A stretch of DNA of 14,158 nucleotides from Candidatus Nanohaloarchaea archaeon (GTDB lineage Archaea > Nanohalarchaeota > Nanosalinia > Nanosalinales > Nanosalinaceae), in the NCBI GenBank assembly GCA_041640035.1, contig JBEQBC010000017.1, forward strand, positions 1 through 14,158. The letters are read 5' to 3'. A program made the translations under genes and the position numbers. Positions 6,313 to 14,158 of the stretch are shown in pieces; within the stretch, counting starts at the first letter, position 1, and each line of letters starts with the position of its first letter. The notes below the pieces were generated by a model. The model did not search any database, was not told the DNA's origin, and worked only from the letters and a program-made list of their open reading frames with translations.

Positions 6313-7572
6313 ATGGGCCTACTCGACAAGATAAAGTCAACACTTGAGACAGAAGACGATCGACAGCCGGACAGAAAGATAGTCATAGAGCCGGAAGAAG
6401 CACCTGAAATGGTGAAGGACGCATACGCAGGGCAGATAGAGACCGCGAAAGAACACGAAGAAGAACTTATAGATGAAACAGATGAACTCCTGAACCAGCT
6501 AGAGAACAATCTAGAGGAAGTCGAGGAGTATGAGGATGTTGAGGGAATCAAAGCTGCTGAAGACATCGCACAGAGCTTCTACAACTCCCGTAAAATAATG
6601 ATCGAAAACTTCAACCCGGATAAAGATACAGAGAGCTACGAAAACGCCCTGGAAGACTTTCTTTCAGAATTCAACGATGTGGACAGAAAGGAGAAAGCGT
6701 TGATGGAGCGTATGAAGACCGATGTAGTCGGGATCGCCGAAACAGTCCAGAAACTGGGAGATAAACTGGAAGAGATCAAAGAGTTCAACGAAAAAGGCAA
6801 GAAGATGCTGTACGATATAGATAATCTTGAGAAAGAAGTCAATCAGTACAACGAAACAGTAAACATGATAGGAGAGAAGAAAAACCAGGTTCAGAAACAG
6901 GAAGAAGAAATACAGCAGCTTGAAGAACTTCTCAGCCAGAAAAAAGACGAACTAGATGATTTGAAGGAAACGGAGGAATGGGAAGAGAAAGAGGAAATCG
7001 AAGAGGAAATCCAGTCCGTGAAATCAGATATCAAAGACCTGGAGAACAAGTTATCCAGCTCGGCATCCAACCTTGAAAGAGGCTTGAAGAAGCTGATATA
7101 CCAGGTAGAGAACCAGGGAATGAACTTCTCCGGGAAGATTGAAAACTTGAAAAAGCTGAAAGAAGAGGGATTCAACGACCTTGAACCTGTAGAGGACGAT
7201 CTTGAAGAAGCCAGGACGAAGATTAGGGAAGAAGAACTTCTTTCCGGACGCCAGCTTGAAGAGTTCGAAGACGAAGTCGAAAACCATCCCGAATATACTT
7301 CAGAAATAGAGGAGTTATCTGAACTGCGTGCAAGAAAGGAGGATCTAGAGGAAGAACTGGAAAACGCAGAGGCCTTGAAGAAGAAAAAGAAACTCAAAAA
7401 CAAGATACAGGAAGTCAAGAACAAGATAGAAAGCCAGCAAGAAAAACTGGAAACGCTGGAAGACGATTTAGAGGACTTAAAACAGGAGAAAAAATCTCTC
7501 AAATCCAGTATCAAGGATGATACAGAAGAACTGATGAATGAGCCTGTAGAATTCAAGAATACTGCAGCCTAG
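6313..7572 (+). CDS. Long acidic coiled-coil protein with N-terminal amphipathic helix
   Basis: 419 aa, E/K/L heptad pattern nearly throughout, N-terminus MGLLDKIKSTL, no Walker A motif. Starts 5 nt after the upstream stop. Confidence 0.85.
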   Translation: MGLLDKIKSTLETEDDRQPDRKIVIEPEEAPEMVKDAYAGQIETAKEHEEELIDETDELLNQLENNLEEVEEYEDVEGIKAAEDIAQSFYNSRKIMIENFNPDKDTESYENALEDFLSEFNDVDRKEKALMERMKTDVVGIAETVQKLGDKLEEIKEFNEKGKKMLYDIDNLEKEVNQYNETVNMIGEKKNQVQKQEEEIQQLEELLSQKKDELDDLKETEEWEEKEEIEEEIQSVKSDIKDLENKLSSSASNLERGLKKLIYQVENQGMNFSGKIENLKKLKEEGFNDLEPVEDDLEEARTKIREEELLSGRQLEEFEDEVENHPEYTSEIEELSELRARKEDLEEELENAEALKKKKKLKNKIQEVKNKIESQQEKLETLEDDLEDLKQEKKSLKSSIKDDTEELMNEPVEFKNTAA

Positions 7573-7612
7573 TGAACATTAATTTATATCTCACCGATAC
7601 CATACCAATAAT

Positions 7613-7765
7613 ATGAGACCTGATTACAGGGTAAATGGAGTACCATGCTACGAACTTGAATCCGAGGAGGAACTGGACCATCTACCAGAACATCTCAGAA
7701 AACTGGCAACCATCGGAGACAGAAACGGAAACAAGATTGTAGCACATATCCCGCGTTACATGTAA
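7613..7765 (+). CDS. 50-aa hypothetical small protein
   Basis: MRPDYRVNGVPCYELESEEELDHLPEHLRKLATIGDRNGNKIVAHIPRYM*. TTTATAT box at 7583-7589 begins 30 nt before the ATG (leaderless geometry). Fills an otherwise empty gap. Not in the ORF track. Confidence 0.7.
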   Translation: MRPDYRVNGVPCYELESEEELDHLPEHLRKLATIGDRNGNKIVAHIPRYM

Positions 7766-7777
7766 TCACTTTCAGCG

Positions 7778-7806
7778 GTTACCTTCACGAAACCTTCTCG
7801 TTTAAC
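7778..7806 (+). promoter_or_regulatory. AKR promoter: degenerate palindrome GTTACCttcaCGAAAC (7778-7793), 7 nt gap, TATA-like TTTAAC (7801-7806)
   Basis: Similar half-site and N4 spacer to the sites at 2075 and 5185. SD-like GAGGCG at 7832-7837 implies a short leader. Confidence 0.45.
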
Positions 7807-7846
7807 CTAATTTACCTAGACACCAATAATTGAGGCGAACAAAATA

Positions 7847-8647
7847 ATGAAGGAAATACCACAGCTCGGGCTTGGAACCTGGCAAAACACAGATCCAGAA
7901 CAGTGCGCAAAATCAGTTCAAACAGCTCTCGACATGGGATACAGACACATCGATACAGCACAGGCATACAGCAACGAAGAAGATGTCGGAAAAGGACTGA
8001 AACAATCCGAAGTAAGCAGAGACGACTACTTCCTGGCAACCAAGGTATGGATAGACAACCTAGCACACGAAGATGTACTGGAAACCACAGAGGAAAGCCT
8101 AGACAAACTAGATGTAGATAGCGTTGACCTACTGTATGTTCACTGGCCGGCAAGAGCATACGACCCGGAAGAAACCATGGAAGCATTCAATCAGCTGGTT
8201 GAAGAAGGTAAAATCGACAATATCGGAGTAAGCAACTTCTCACCTGAACAGATCGAAGAAGCACAGGAACACGCAGACACCAAGATACTGGCCAACCAGG
8301 TCGAGATGCATCCACTGCTCCAGCAGGATGAACTGGTCGAATACTGTCAGGACAACGACATGTACCTGGTAGCATACAGTCCTCTGGCACGAGGTAAAAT
8401 TATGGAAGTACCTGAGATCCAGGAAGTCGCCGAGAAACACGGAGTTTCAGAGGCACAGGTCAGCCTGGCATGGATCCTGCAGCACGACAATGTTGTAGCT
8501 ATCCCGAAGGCTTCTTCAGAAGACCACATCCAGGACAATTGGAACGCCAGAGACCTCGCACTCGATCAGGAGGACATAGAGAAGATTAACTCGATCGAAA
8601 GAGTGGACAGACAGGTAGATCCAGACTTCGGAAAAGGCTGGGAATAA
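7847..8647 (+). CDS. Aldo/keto reductase (DkgB/2,5-DKG reductase-like)
   Basis: LGLGTW, GYRHIDTAQAYSNE, ATKVW, DLLYVHWP, IGVSNF, NQVEMHP, AYSPLARG, IPKASS. Asp/Tyr/Lys/His tetrad intact. Confidence 0.95.
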   Translation: MKEIPQLGLGTWQNTDPEQCAKSVQTALDMGYRHIDTAQAYSNEEDVGKGLKQSEVSRDDYFLATKVWIDNLAHEDVLETTEESLDKLDVDSVDLLYVHWPARAYDPEETMEAFNQLVEEGKIDNIGVSNFSPEQIEEAQEHADTKILANQVEMHPLLQQDELVEYCQDNDMYLVAYSPLARGKIMEVPEIQEVAEKHGVSEAQVSLAWILQHDNVVAIPKASSEDHIQDNWNARDLALDQEDIEKINSIERVDRQVDPDFGKGWE

Positions 8648-8668
8648 AAACAAGAATTTTTTCTTCAA

Positions 8669-9037
8669 TTATTCCTCATCTTCTTCATCTTCATTTACTT
8701 CATGAGTGGCCTCAGAAATCTTCATGTGGAAATATACAAGACCGGCCATGAATACGATACCGCCCACTTCTGACAGGTACTGTAGAGCTCCTAGACTTTC
8801 ATTAGCTAGTGCGTACGCACCTATTAATGTGAATGTAGAGAATATCATGGCTGTGTAAGCAAGGACCCTGTAAGCTTCAACGGCTTCATCCTTCAAGGCC
8901 AGTTTTGTGGAAGCTAATTCTGAATTATCCCTGAAGTTACTGAACCCTCTATAGCTGTAGTAAACTATCAAGGATGCTACTGTTGTAGCTGCGAGGCCGA
9001 AGATTATGATATCTAGCTCGATTTCGATCTCCTCCAT
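8669..9037 (-). CDS. Uncharacterised 3-TM membrane protein with acidic tail (paralog B)
   Basis: Three hydrophobic segments, similar to the upstream ORF. Confidence 0.8.
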   Translation of the reverse strand: MEEIEIELDIIIFGLAATTVASLIVYYSYRGFSNFRDNSELASTKLALKDEAVEAYRVLAYTAMIFSTFTLIGAYALANESLGALQYLSEVGGIVFMAGLVYFHMKISEATHEVNEDEEDEE

Positions 9038-9342
9038 TGACGGATGAAAACATACGCGACCTGGGTAAGGAAGACCAGTAAAAGAACTCTAGCCATGTTT
9101 ATGTAACTCGTACTTCCTATGATTCCTGCTACGGGGTACAGTGCGAATACGAATAGCAGTGCGGATTCTCCGCTGAGAAGCATCTTGAAATCCTGAGCTG
9201 TATGGTCAGAACTCAGTTTGAACTGGGTCATTACTAGGTCAGAATCTTCTCTGATATTGAGAAGTAGGTGACCTGAAGCTAGTCCAATCACTGCAGCGAC
9301 CGCAGCTAAACCGAATTCAAAAGCTATGTGCAGATCAATCAT
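9013..9342 (-). CDS. Uncharacterised 3-TM membrane protein (paralog A)
   Basis: Three hydrophobic segments. Overlaps the downstream ORF by 25 nt. Confidence 0.8.
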   Translation of the reverse strand: MIDLHIAFEFGLAAVAAVIGLASGHLLLNIREDSDLVMTQFKLSSDHTAQDFKMLLSGESALLFVFALYPVAGIIGSTSYINMARVLLLVFLTQVAYVFIRQWRRSKSS

Positions 9343-9392
9343 TTTGGACTTTCCTTAACCGTCAATGAACAGAAACCAGTTATTAAAATTAT

Positions 9393-9785
9393 CTAAATCC
9401 TTCTAACCCTGTAAACCTCAAGAGAAGCCGAGCCCTGCTCACTACCGTTGTTATACTGGAAATAAAGCTGATAAGCCTTATCTTCCCTGACTACCTCTCT
9501 TACAAATCCTTGATTCTCCTTTTCAGCTTCAGAAAGCTCGGATTCAAAGGAATCATCGCCGTCCATATCCAGGAAGAACGCTCCATCCTGATACCAGACA
9601 CCGATAGAACTGTTCTCAAACATGACATCCGCATTACGGTTACTCTCATTAACCACTATACTCATTTCCTTACTGAAAACCTTCCTCTCGCCGTCCTGAC
9701 CACTGTAATGGCTGTTAACACCGACTATGAAGCCTGTGGCAAGGCCAGCGATAACAAGTGAGGCAACCGCAATCCTGTAATTCAT
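9393..9785 (-). CDS. Membrane-anchored/secreted hypothetical protein
   Basis: Start moved to ATG 9785 (MNYRIAVASLVIAGLATGFIVGV, a signal/anchor helix). Beta-rich soluble part contains DMDGDDSFE. Confidence 0.75.
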   Translation of the reverse strand: MNYRIAVASLVIAGLATGFIVGVNSHYSGQDGERKVFSKEMSIVVNESNRNADVMFENSSIGVWYQDGAFFLDMDGDDSFESELSEAEKENQGFVREVVREDKAYQLYFQYNNGSEQGSASLEVYRVRRI

Positions 9786-9868
9786 AACCTGTATATGAAG
9801 ACTGATATTTTTCAAGCCCTGCTGTAAGATATACCTGTTTTTTATTTCTGACAGGTACAACGGTACAA

Positions 9869-11011
9869 ATGATGAAGAGAAAAATCCAGTTAGGTGAAGA
9901 TAGAGAGATCACGCTCTTGGGAACAGCACATGTATCAGACCAGAGTGTACAAGAGGTAAAAGATACAATCGATGAGGAGGACCCGGACAAAGTTTTCGTA
10001 GAACTGGATGAAGGCCGACTCACATCTCTTCAAGAGGAATCAGGCTGGAAGGACAAAGACCTGCTTCAGATAATCTCAAACGGAGAAATCAACCTTCTCG
10101 CATTCACCTTGATGCTTTCAATCTACCAGCGAAAGATAGGTGAAGAAACAGGAGTCAAACCCGGAACAGAACTGCTCGAAGCAGTAAACTACAGCCAGGA
10201 AAAAGACATACAATACGAACTGGTAGATCGAGATATCAATGAAACCATAAACGACCTCAGAAACAGCATGAGCCTCTGGCAAAAATCAGCTATAATCGCA
10301 TCATTCCTAGCCTTCGGAGAATCAGAGGAAGAAGAGGACATCGAAGAACTGAAACAGCAGGACATGATAGAAGCACTGGTAGAAGATCTCGGAGAAGAGT
10401 TCCCAGAAATAAAGGAGATACTTCTTGACAAAAGAAACAGCTACATGGCCGAAAAAATACAGAAATCAGATTTCAAGAACGGAGTAGCAGTAGTAGGCGC
10501 AGCACATATAGATGGACTGGAAGAAGAACTTCAACAGCCTACCGATAGAAGCTTCGAAGTCAAAAAACCGTTCCCATGGGGCAAAGTCGCAGTATACGGA
10601 ATACCGCTTCTCGTACTCGGACTGTTCACCTACGGATTCATGCAGGGCGGAATCGACAAACTATACCAACTAGGAACACCATGGATAATACTTAACACAT
10701 CACTCTCGCTTATAGGTGCTTTAATAGCCCGTGCACACCTGTCAACCGGCATTATCAGCGGGATAGCAGCTCCGATTACTTCAGTCAATCCTACTATAGG
10801 AGCCGGAATGGTAGCAGCATACATCGAAGCATACTTGTACCCACCAACAGTTGAAGACATGGAGTCTATTGTCGAGATCTCAGCCTACAGAGACCTGTGG
10901 GGTAACCAGGCTGGCAGAGTCATCCTGACATTCATCTTCGTCACCCTGGGGAGCTTCATCGCCACGATACTTGGCGCGGGAGTGCTGACATACCTAGTCG
11001 CCTTCCTCTAG
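9869..11011 (+). CDS. TraB/PrgY (Tiki-superfamily) family protein with C-terminal TM domain
   Basis: LLGTAHVS, VFVELD, KPGTE, LVDRDI, RNSYMA, VVGAAHIDG, followed by the AP.TS.NP.IGAG membrane region. Confidence 0.92.
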   Translation: MMKRKIQLGEDREITLLGTAHVSDQSVQEVKDTIDEEDPDKVFVELDEGRLTSLQEESGWKDKDLLQIISNGEINLLAFTLMLSIYQRKIGEETGVKPGTELLEAVNYSQEKDIQYELVDRDINETINDLRNSMSLWQKSAIIASFLAFGESEEEEDIEELKQQDMIEALVEDLGEEFPEIKEILLDKRNSYMAEKIQKSDFKNGVAVVGAAHIDGLEEELQQPTDRSFEVKKPFPWGKVAVYGIPLLVLGLFTYGFMQGGIDKLYQLGTPWIILNTSLSLIGALIARAHLSTGIISGIAAPITSVNPTIGAGMVAAYIEAYLYPPTVEDMESIVEISAYRDLWGNQAGRVILTFIFVTLGSFIATILGAGVLTYLVAFL

Positions 11012-11626
11012 CATGTACTTGCTCTCCCAGGCACGGATACGGCTCTCCCAGTCATCCATATCCTCCTCTTCATCATCCTTCTCTTCTTCATCGAAGTAAT
11101 CCTGATCACGAAGCAGGTAACCGATACCCAGACCCACAAACAGGCCGATAAGATGTGCCTCATACGCAACATTTGTTGAACCGGTTAAGCCAGCGAAATT
11201 GATCAATAGATATGAGATCAGTACTGCCCACATCGGTAGAGGTACCCAGAGCGCCAACCCGATATCTCTTGGACGGTAAGCAGCTAAAGCCGCAAGAACA
11301 CCCATAGCACCTCCCGAAGCACCTATAATAGCAGACTCAGCATAGAAAATAAACGCCGAGATATTCGCCAATAAGGCTGAACCCAGAAAGATAGATAGAA
11401 ACATCTTGGAAGAGGTTCTGAGCTCAAGTACAGAACCAAATATCAGGAGAAAGAAAATATTGTTGTAAAGATGCTCGGCGTCCGCATGACCAAAGATGGA
11501 TAGGAAAAAGTTCAGTGGATCTCCGCCGGGACTGAAAGCAGGGTTAAAACCGGTAGTTACCTGAAAAGCAAAAACTAAAACCATCAAAAAGGAAAGGATG
11601 GCAGCGGAGAAATAGAAATCTCTCAT
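10994..11626 (-). CDS. Rhomboid-family intramembrane serine protease
   Basis: SIFGHAD..HLYNN, GSVLE, catalytic IGASGG, and VAYEAHLIG catalytic His. Confidence 0.93.
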   Translation of the reverse strand: MRDFYFSAAILSFLMVLVFAFQVTTGFNPAFSPGGDPLNFFLSIFGHADAEHLYNNIFFLLIFGSVLELRTSSKMFLSIFLGSALLANISAFIFYAESAIIGASGGAMGVLAALAAYRPRDIGLALWVPLPMWAVLISYLLINFAGLTGSTNVAYEAHLIGLFVGLGIGYLLRDQDYFDEEEKDDEEEDMDDWESRIRAWESKYMLEEGD

Positions 11627-11637
11627 ATCAACTGGTT

Positions 11638-13239
11638 TTAGATGTACCCTTCGATGATCTTCCTGGATTTTTCAACTCCCAATGCAGCTAACAGTGTGGA
11701 AAGCCGTGGTCCCTGATCACGGGAAAGAAACACCTGATAACAAGCAGTGAAGAACTCACCGGTCGAAAGCTCCGACTCATCCTTCGCATCGAAAACAGCC
11801 TGATCCAGCTCATCAGTATCCTCAAAATCACCTTCCAAGTTACCGTACAGGATTTCAACTGCCTCAAGTTCTTCCTCGCTCAGTTCATCAAGTACTTCTT
11901 CGTCCGGTTCTTTATTAATACTGTAGAGGTAATCTTCAGGCGCATAGTTTCTCGCCCAATTCTTCGCTTTCTCTAGTCTGCTGAGAACCTGCTCTCTTTG
12001 TTCCTCAGATAGTTCTTCTGGGATGTGTCCTGTGGAACGGAGCGATTCGAAAGCCGTAGTATTCCATTCATCTTCTGGAATGGTCTGAGCCAGCAGTGAT
12101 GCGTGTTTGAAGGGAATCCTTACAGGCTGCTCTTCAGGGATATCAACCATCGCGATCTCGTAGACCCGTTCTCTGTGCTTCTCTTTCTTCTCATTCTCCA
12201 TCTCAATCTCATCAAAGTAAGTCTTCTCGAAACGATCAAAACGATCATACACCTGGATAATCTCCTCATCAAACGCAAGAACAAGTTCAGATTTCGGCTT
12301 GTTCTGCGAGAACAGGAACCTTATCATCTCAGGGCTGTAAATCTGCTTCAAATCGTCCAATGTGAGCGTGTTTTCCCCTGCGCTGCTGGAAATCTTCTTA
12401 TCGCTGCCTTTCGGCTTCACGAAGTCGTACATCTGATAGATAGGTGCGTCGTCTTCGTATACTTCTTCTACTATTTCTTTTCCGGTGTCACGGCTACTTC
12501 CTGCCGCGGAGTGGTCCTTACCTCCTGGTTCGAAGCTGACCTGTTCGTAATGCCATCTCATAGGCCAGTCAACCCTCCACGGAGGCTTCACATTACCTTC
12601 TTCCTCGAAGTTCAGTTCAAACTCTTCGTCACATTCCTCGCAGTAGTACTCAACTGTGTAATCCCCATCGTATTCTTTGACTTCAGTGAAGTCTTTCCCA
12701 CATTCCAGACAGTATACTCTTAACGGGTAGTAAGGTGTTTCAAGCGGTTCCTGACGGTACTGGTCAAGTATTTCTTTGATCTTTTCTCTGTGGTTCAAAG
12801 CCTGTTTAATCAGGTCTGCGTACTCTGCTTTCTCGAACATCTCTGTCTGCCGGATAAACTCGATATCCATATGGAAATCTTCCAGTTGCTCTTCAAGCAT
12901 CTGTTCGAAATGCTCCGCATAACTGTCATGACACTCTTCTGGATCTGGTACTTTGGAGAGCGGTAGTCCGATGTACTGCTCCCATTCATCCGGTACATTA
13001 TCAGGTACTTTCCGGAAACGGTCGTAGTCGTCCCAAGAGTAGATGAAACGGGCGTCTTCTCCTCTTTCCTTCAGCGACTTCACCACGAAGTCGGTAGTGA
13101 TTATTTCACGGAAGTTTCCTATATGCACCATCCCGGATGGAGAGATCCCTGAGGCGCATACATAGGTATCTCTGTCTTCAAATTTTTTCGCGGTTGCAAA
13201 TGCTAACTGGTCACTCCAGAAAAGAGGTTGATCGCTCAT
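11638..13239 (-). CDS. lysS: Lysine--tRNA ligase, class I
   Basis: SGISPSGMVHIGNFRE, WDDYDRFRKVP, two CxxC pairs, WRVDWPMRW, EPGGKDH, KISSS (KMSKS equivalent), GPRL. Confidence 0.98.
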   Translation of the reverse strand: MSDQPLFWSDQLAFATAKKFEDRDTYVCASGISPSGMVHIGNFREIITTDFVVKSLKERGEDARFIYSWDDYDRFRKVPDNVPDEWEQYIGLPLSKVPDPEECHDSYAEHFEQMLEEQLEDFHMDIEFIRQTEMFEKAEYADLIKQALNHREKIKEILDQYRQEPLETPYYPLRVYCLECGKDFTEVKEYDGDYTVEYYCEECDEEFELNFEEEGNVKPPWRVDWPMRWHYEQVSFEPGGKDHSAAGSSRDTGKEIVEEVYEDDAPIYQMYDFVKPKGSDKKISSSAGENTLTLDDLKQIYSPEMIRFLFSQNKPKSELVLAFDEEIIQVYDRFDRFEKTYFDEIEMENEKKEKHRERVYEIAMVDIPEEQPVRIPFKHASLLAQTIPEDEWNTTAFESLRSTGHIPEELSEEQREQVLSRLEKAKNWARNYAPEDYLYSINKEPDEEVLDELSEEELEAVEILYGNLEGDFEDTDELDQAVFDAKDESELSTGEFFTACYQVFLSRDQGPRLSTLLAALGVEKSRKIIEGYI

Positions 13240-13326
13240 ACAGGTATAGATACACAGTCATTATTTTTTAACTTCTGCACAACAAAGACTCCTGTTTTAA
13301 AACTACACCTGACGGGTTCTATACAT

Positions 13327-14158
13327 ATGATGGAAGTTAACCCACGGCTAATTTTTCTCATAGCTTTCGTAGCAATACTCGGAACCCTGATGTGGAAGGA
13401 CCGAAAAAATGTAAACCGCGTATCAATACTATTCTACCGGCGAACCAAAAGAGGACTAGACCTCATCGACCGTATAGCCAAGAAAGCACCACGATTCTGG
13501 AGCATATACGGATGGACAGGATTCGCAGTAGGAATAATATCAGTATTCGTAGCAGCACAGCAAATCGGAACATCACTGCTACAAATCGGAAGCAGTACAG
13601 GAGGAGGCTCTGCAGGACCAAAAGCAGTTCTTCCAAGCCTACAGGGAGAAGCTACCATGGGAGGAGCAGCATTATTCATACCGATCGAGTACTGGCTAAT
13701 CTCCATAGGAGTCCTGATGTTTGTACATGAGATCAGTCACGGAATCGTAGCTCGTTCAGAAGATTTCGACTTGAACAGCGTCGGATGGATGGTCATGGGG
13801 ATTATTCCCGGAGCATTCGTCGAACCAAAAGGAGAAAAGATGCTTCCAAACGGAGACGAAAAAGAAGGAACCGAAGAAGATGAAGAGAATGAGTCTGATG
13901 ATGAATCAGAAGACGAAGAGGAAGAGCATCACGGAATGTGGGATCAGGGTAACTGGAAATCCCGCATAAAGGTACTCAGCGCAGGAAGCTTCGCTAACTA
14001 CCTCACCGCAGCACTGTTCCTCATCATACTGACCGGCTTAACAGCTGCGACTACCTCCGCTACAGGAATTTATTATCAGGTAAGTGAAGATTACCCTGCT
14101 GCTCAGGCAGGAATGACCAACGGCACGCTTTTCAGCATCAACGATGAAACGGTTAGAA
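13327..14158 (+). CDS. Site-2 protease (M50 zinc metalloprotease) with probable PDZ domain (3' end outside window)
   Basis: Not in the ORF track. Manual translation MMEVNPRLIFLIAFVAILG...IPIEYWLISIGVLMFVHEISHGIVAR...SVG...IPGAFVEP...RIKVLSAGSFAN...YPAAQAGM. HExxH motif present. TTTTAAAA box begins 32 nt upstream. Confidence 0.93.
   Translation, partial: MMEVNPRLIFLIAFVAILGTLMWKDRKNVNRVSILFYRRTKRGLDLIDRIAKKAPRFWSIYGWTGFAVGIISVFVAAQQIGTSLLQIGSSTGGGSAGPKAVLPSLQGEATMGGAALFIPIEYWLISIGVLMFVHEISHGIVARSEDFDLNSVGWMVMGIIPGAFVEPKGEKMLPNGDEKEGTEEDEENESDDESEDEEEEHHGMWDQGNWKSRIKVLSAGSFANYLTAALFLIILTGLTAATTSATGIYYQVSEDYPAAQAGMTNGTLFSINDETVR

Noticed and set aside
6165-7556. Ser/Phe-rich minus-strand ORFs (6165-6566, 6636-6842, 6891-7556, 7051-7287)
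   Set aside because: Antisense shadows of the GAA/AAA-rich coiled-coil gene, with no protein-like features.
6313-7572. SMC/Rad50/SbcC assignment for the coiled-coil protein
   Set aside because: No Walker A/B, signature motif, hinge or CxxC zinc hook.
9869-11011. TraB as evidence of a conjugative element
   Set aside because: The TraB/PrgY family is a widespread chromosomal archaeal gene, and no transfer, integrase or transposase genes are present.
988-13730. Other alternative-frame or antisense ORFs in the track (e.g. 988-1362, 1377-1676, 2272-2601, 5245-5556, 7812-8186, 12103-12723, 13392-13730)
   Set aside because: They overlap well-supported genes and lack the acidic composition of real proteins here.
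1-14158. CRISPR arrays, tRNA/rRNA genes, IS elements
   Set aside because: No regularly spaced repeats, cloverleaf motifs or transposase-like ORFs seen by eye. Intergenic gaps are short and explained by promoters or small ORFs.

Overview
This is a gene-dense archaeal chromosome segment. The very acidic proteins, class I LysRS, TATA boxes about 32 nt before leaderless ATGs, moderate GC and tiny intergenic gaps suggest a halophilic DPANN organism, probably Nanohaloarchaeota (inference). The left half (1-5608) is a thiol-redox/electrophile-stress cluster. It holds a DsrE-DsrE-glutathionyl-hydroquinone reductase-membrane-anchored MsrA operon, divergent from a flavoprotein disulfide reductase plus NnrE, followed by a Cys-containing HxlR/DUF24 regulator, a 4-Cys thioredoxin and a 29-aa single C2H2 zinc-finger microprotein. 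A shared palindrome, CTTACC-N4-GGTAAG, sits 6-7 nt upstream of the TATA box of the DsrE operon, thioredoxin and aldo-keto reductase promoters, with a half-site at the reductase, suggesting a redox regulon run by an activator. The middle holds two further small ORFs missed by the track, a wHTH-like gene, a long coiled-coil protein, an AKR and a tandem pair of paralogous membrane proteins. The right end has TraB, rhomboid, lysS and a partial site-2 protease. I saw no CRISPR array, RNA gene or mobile element.
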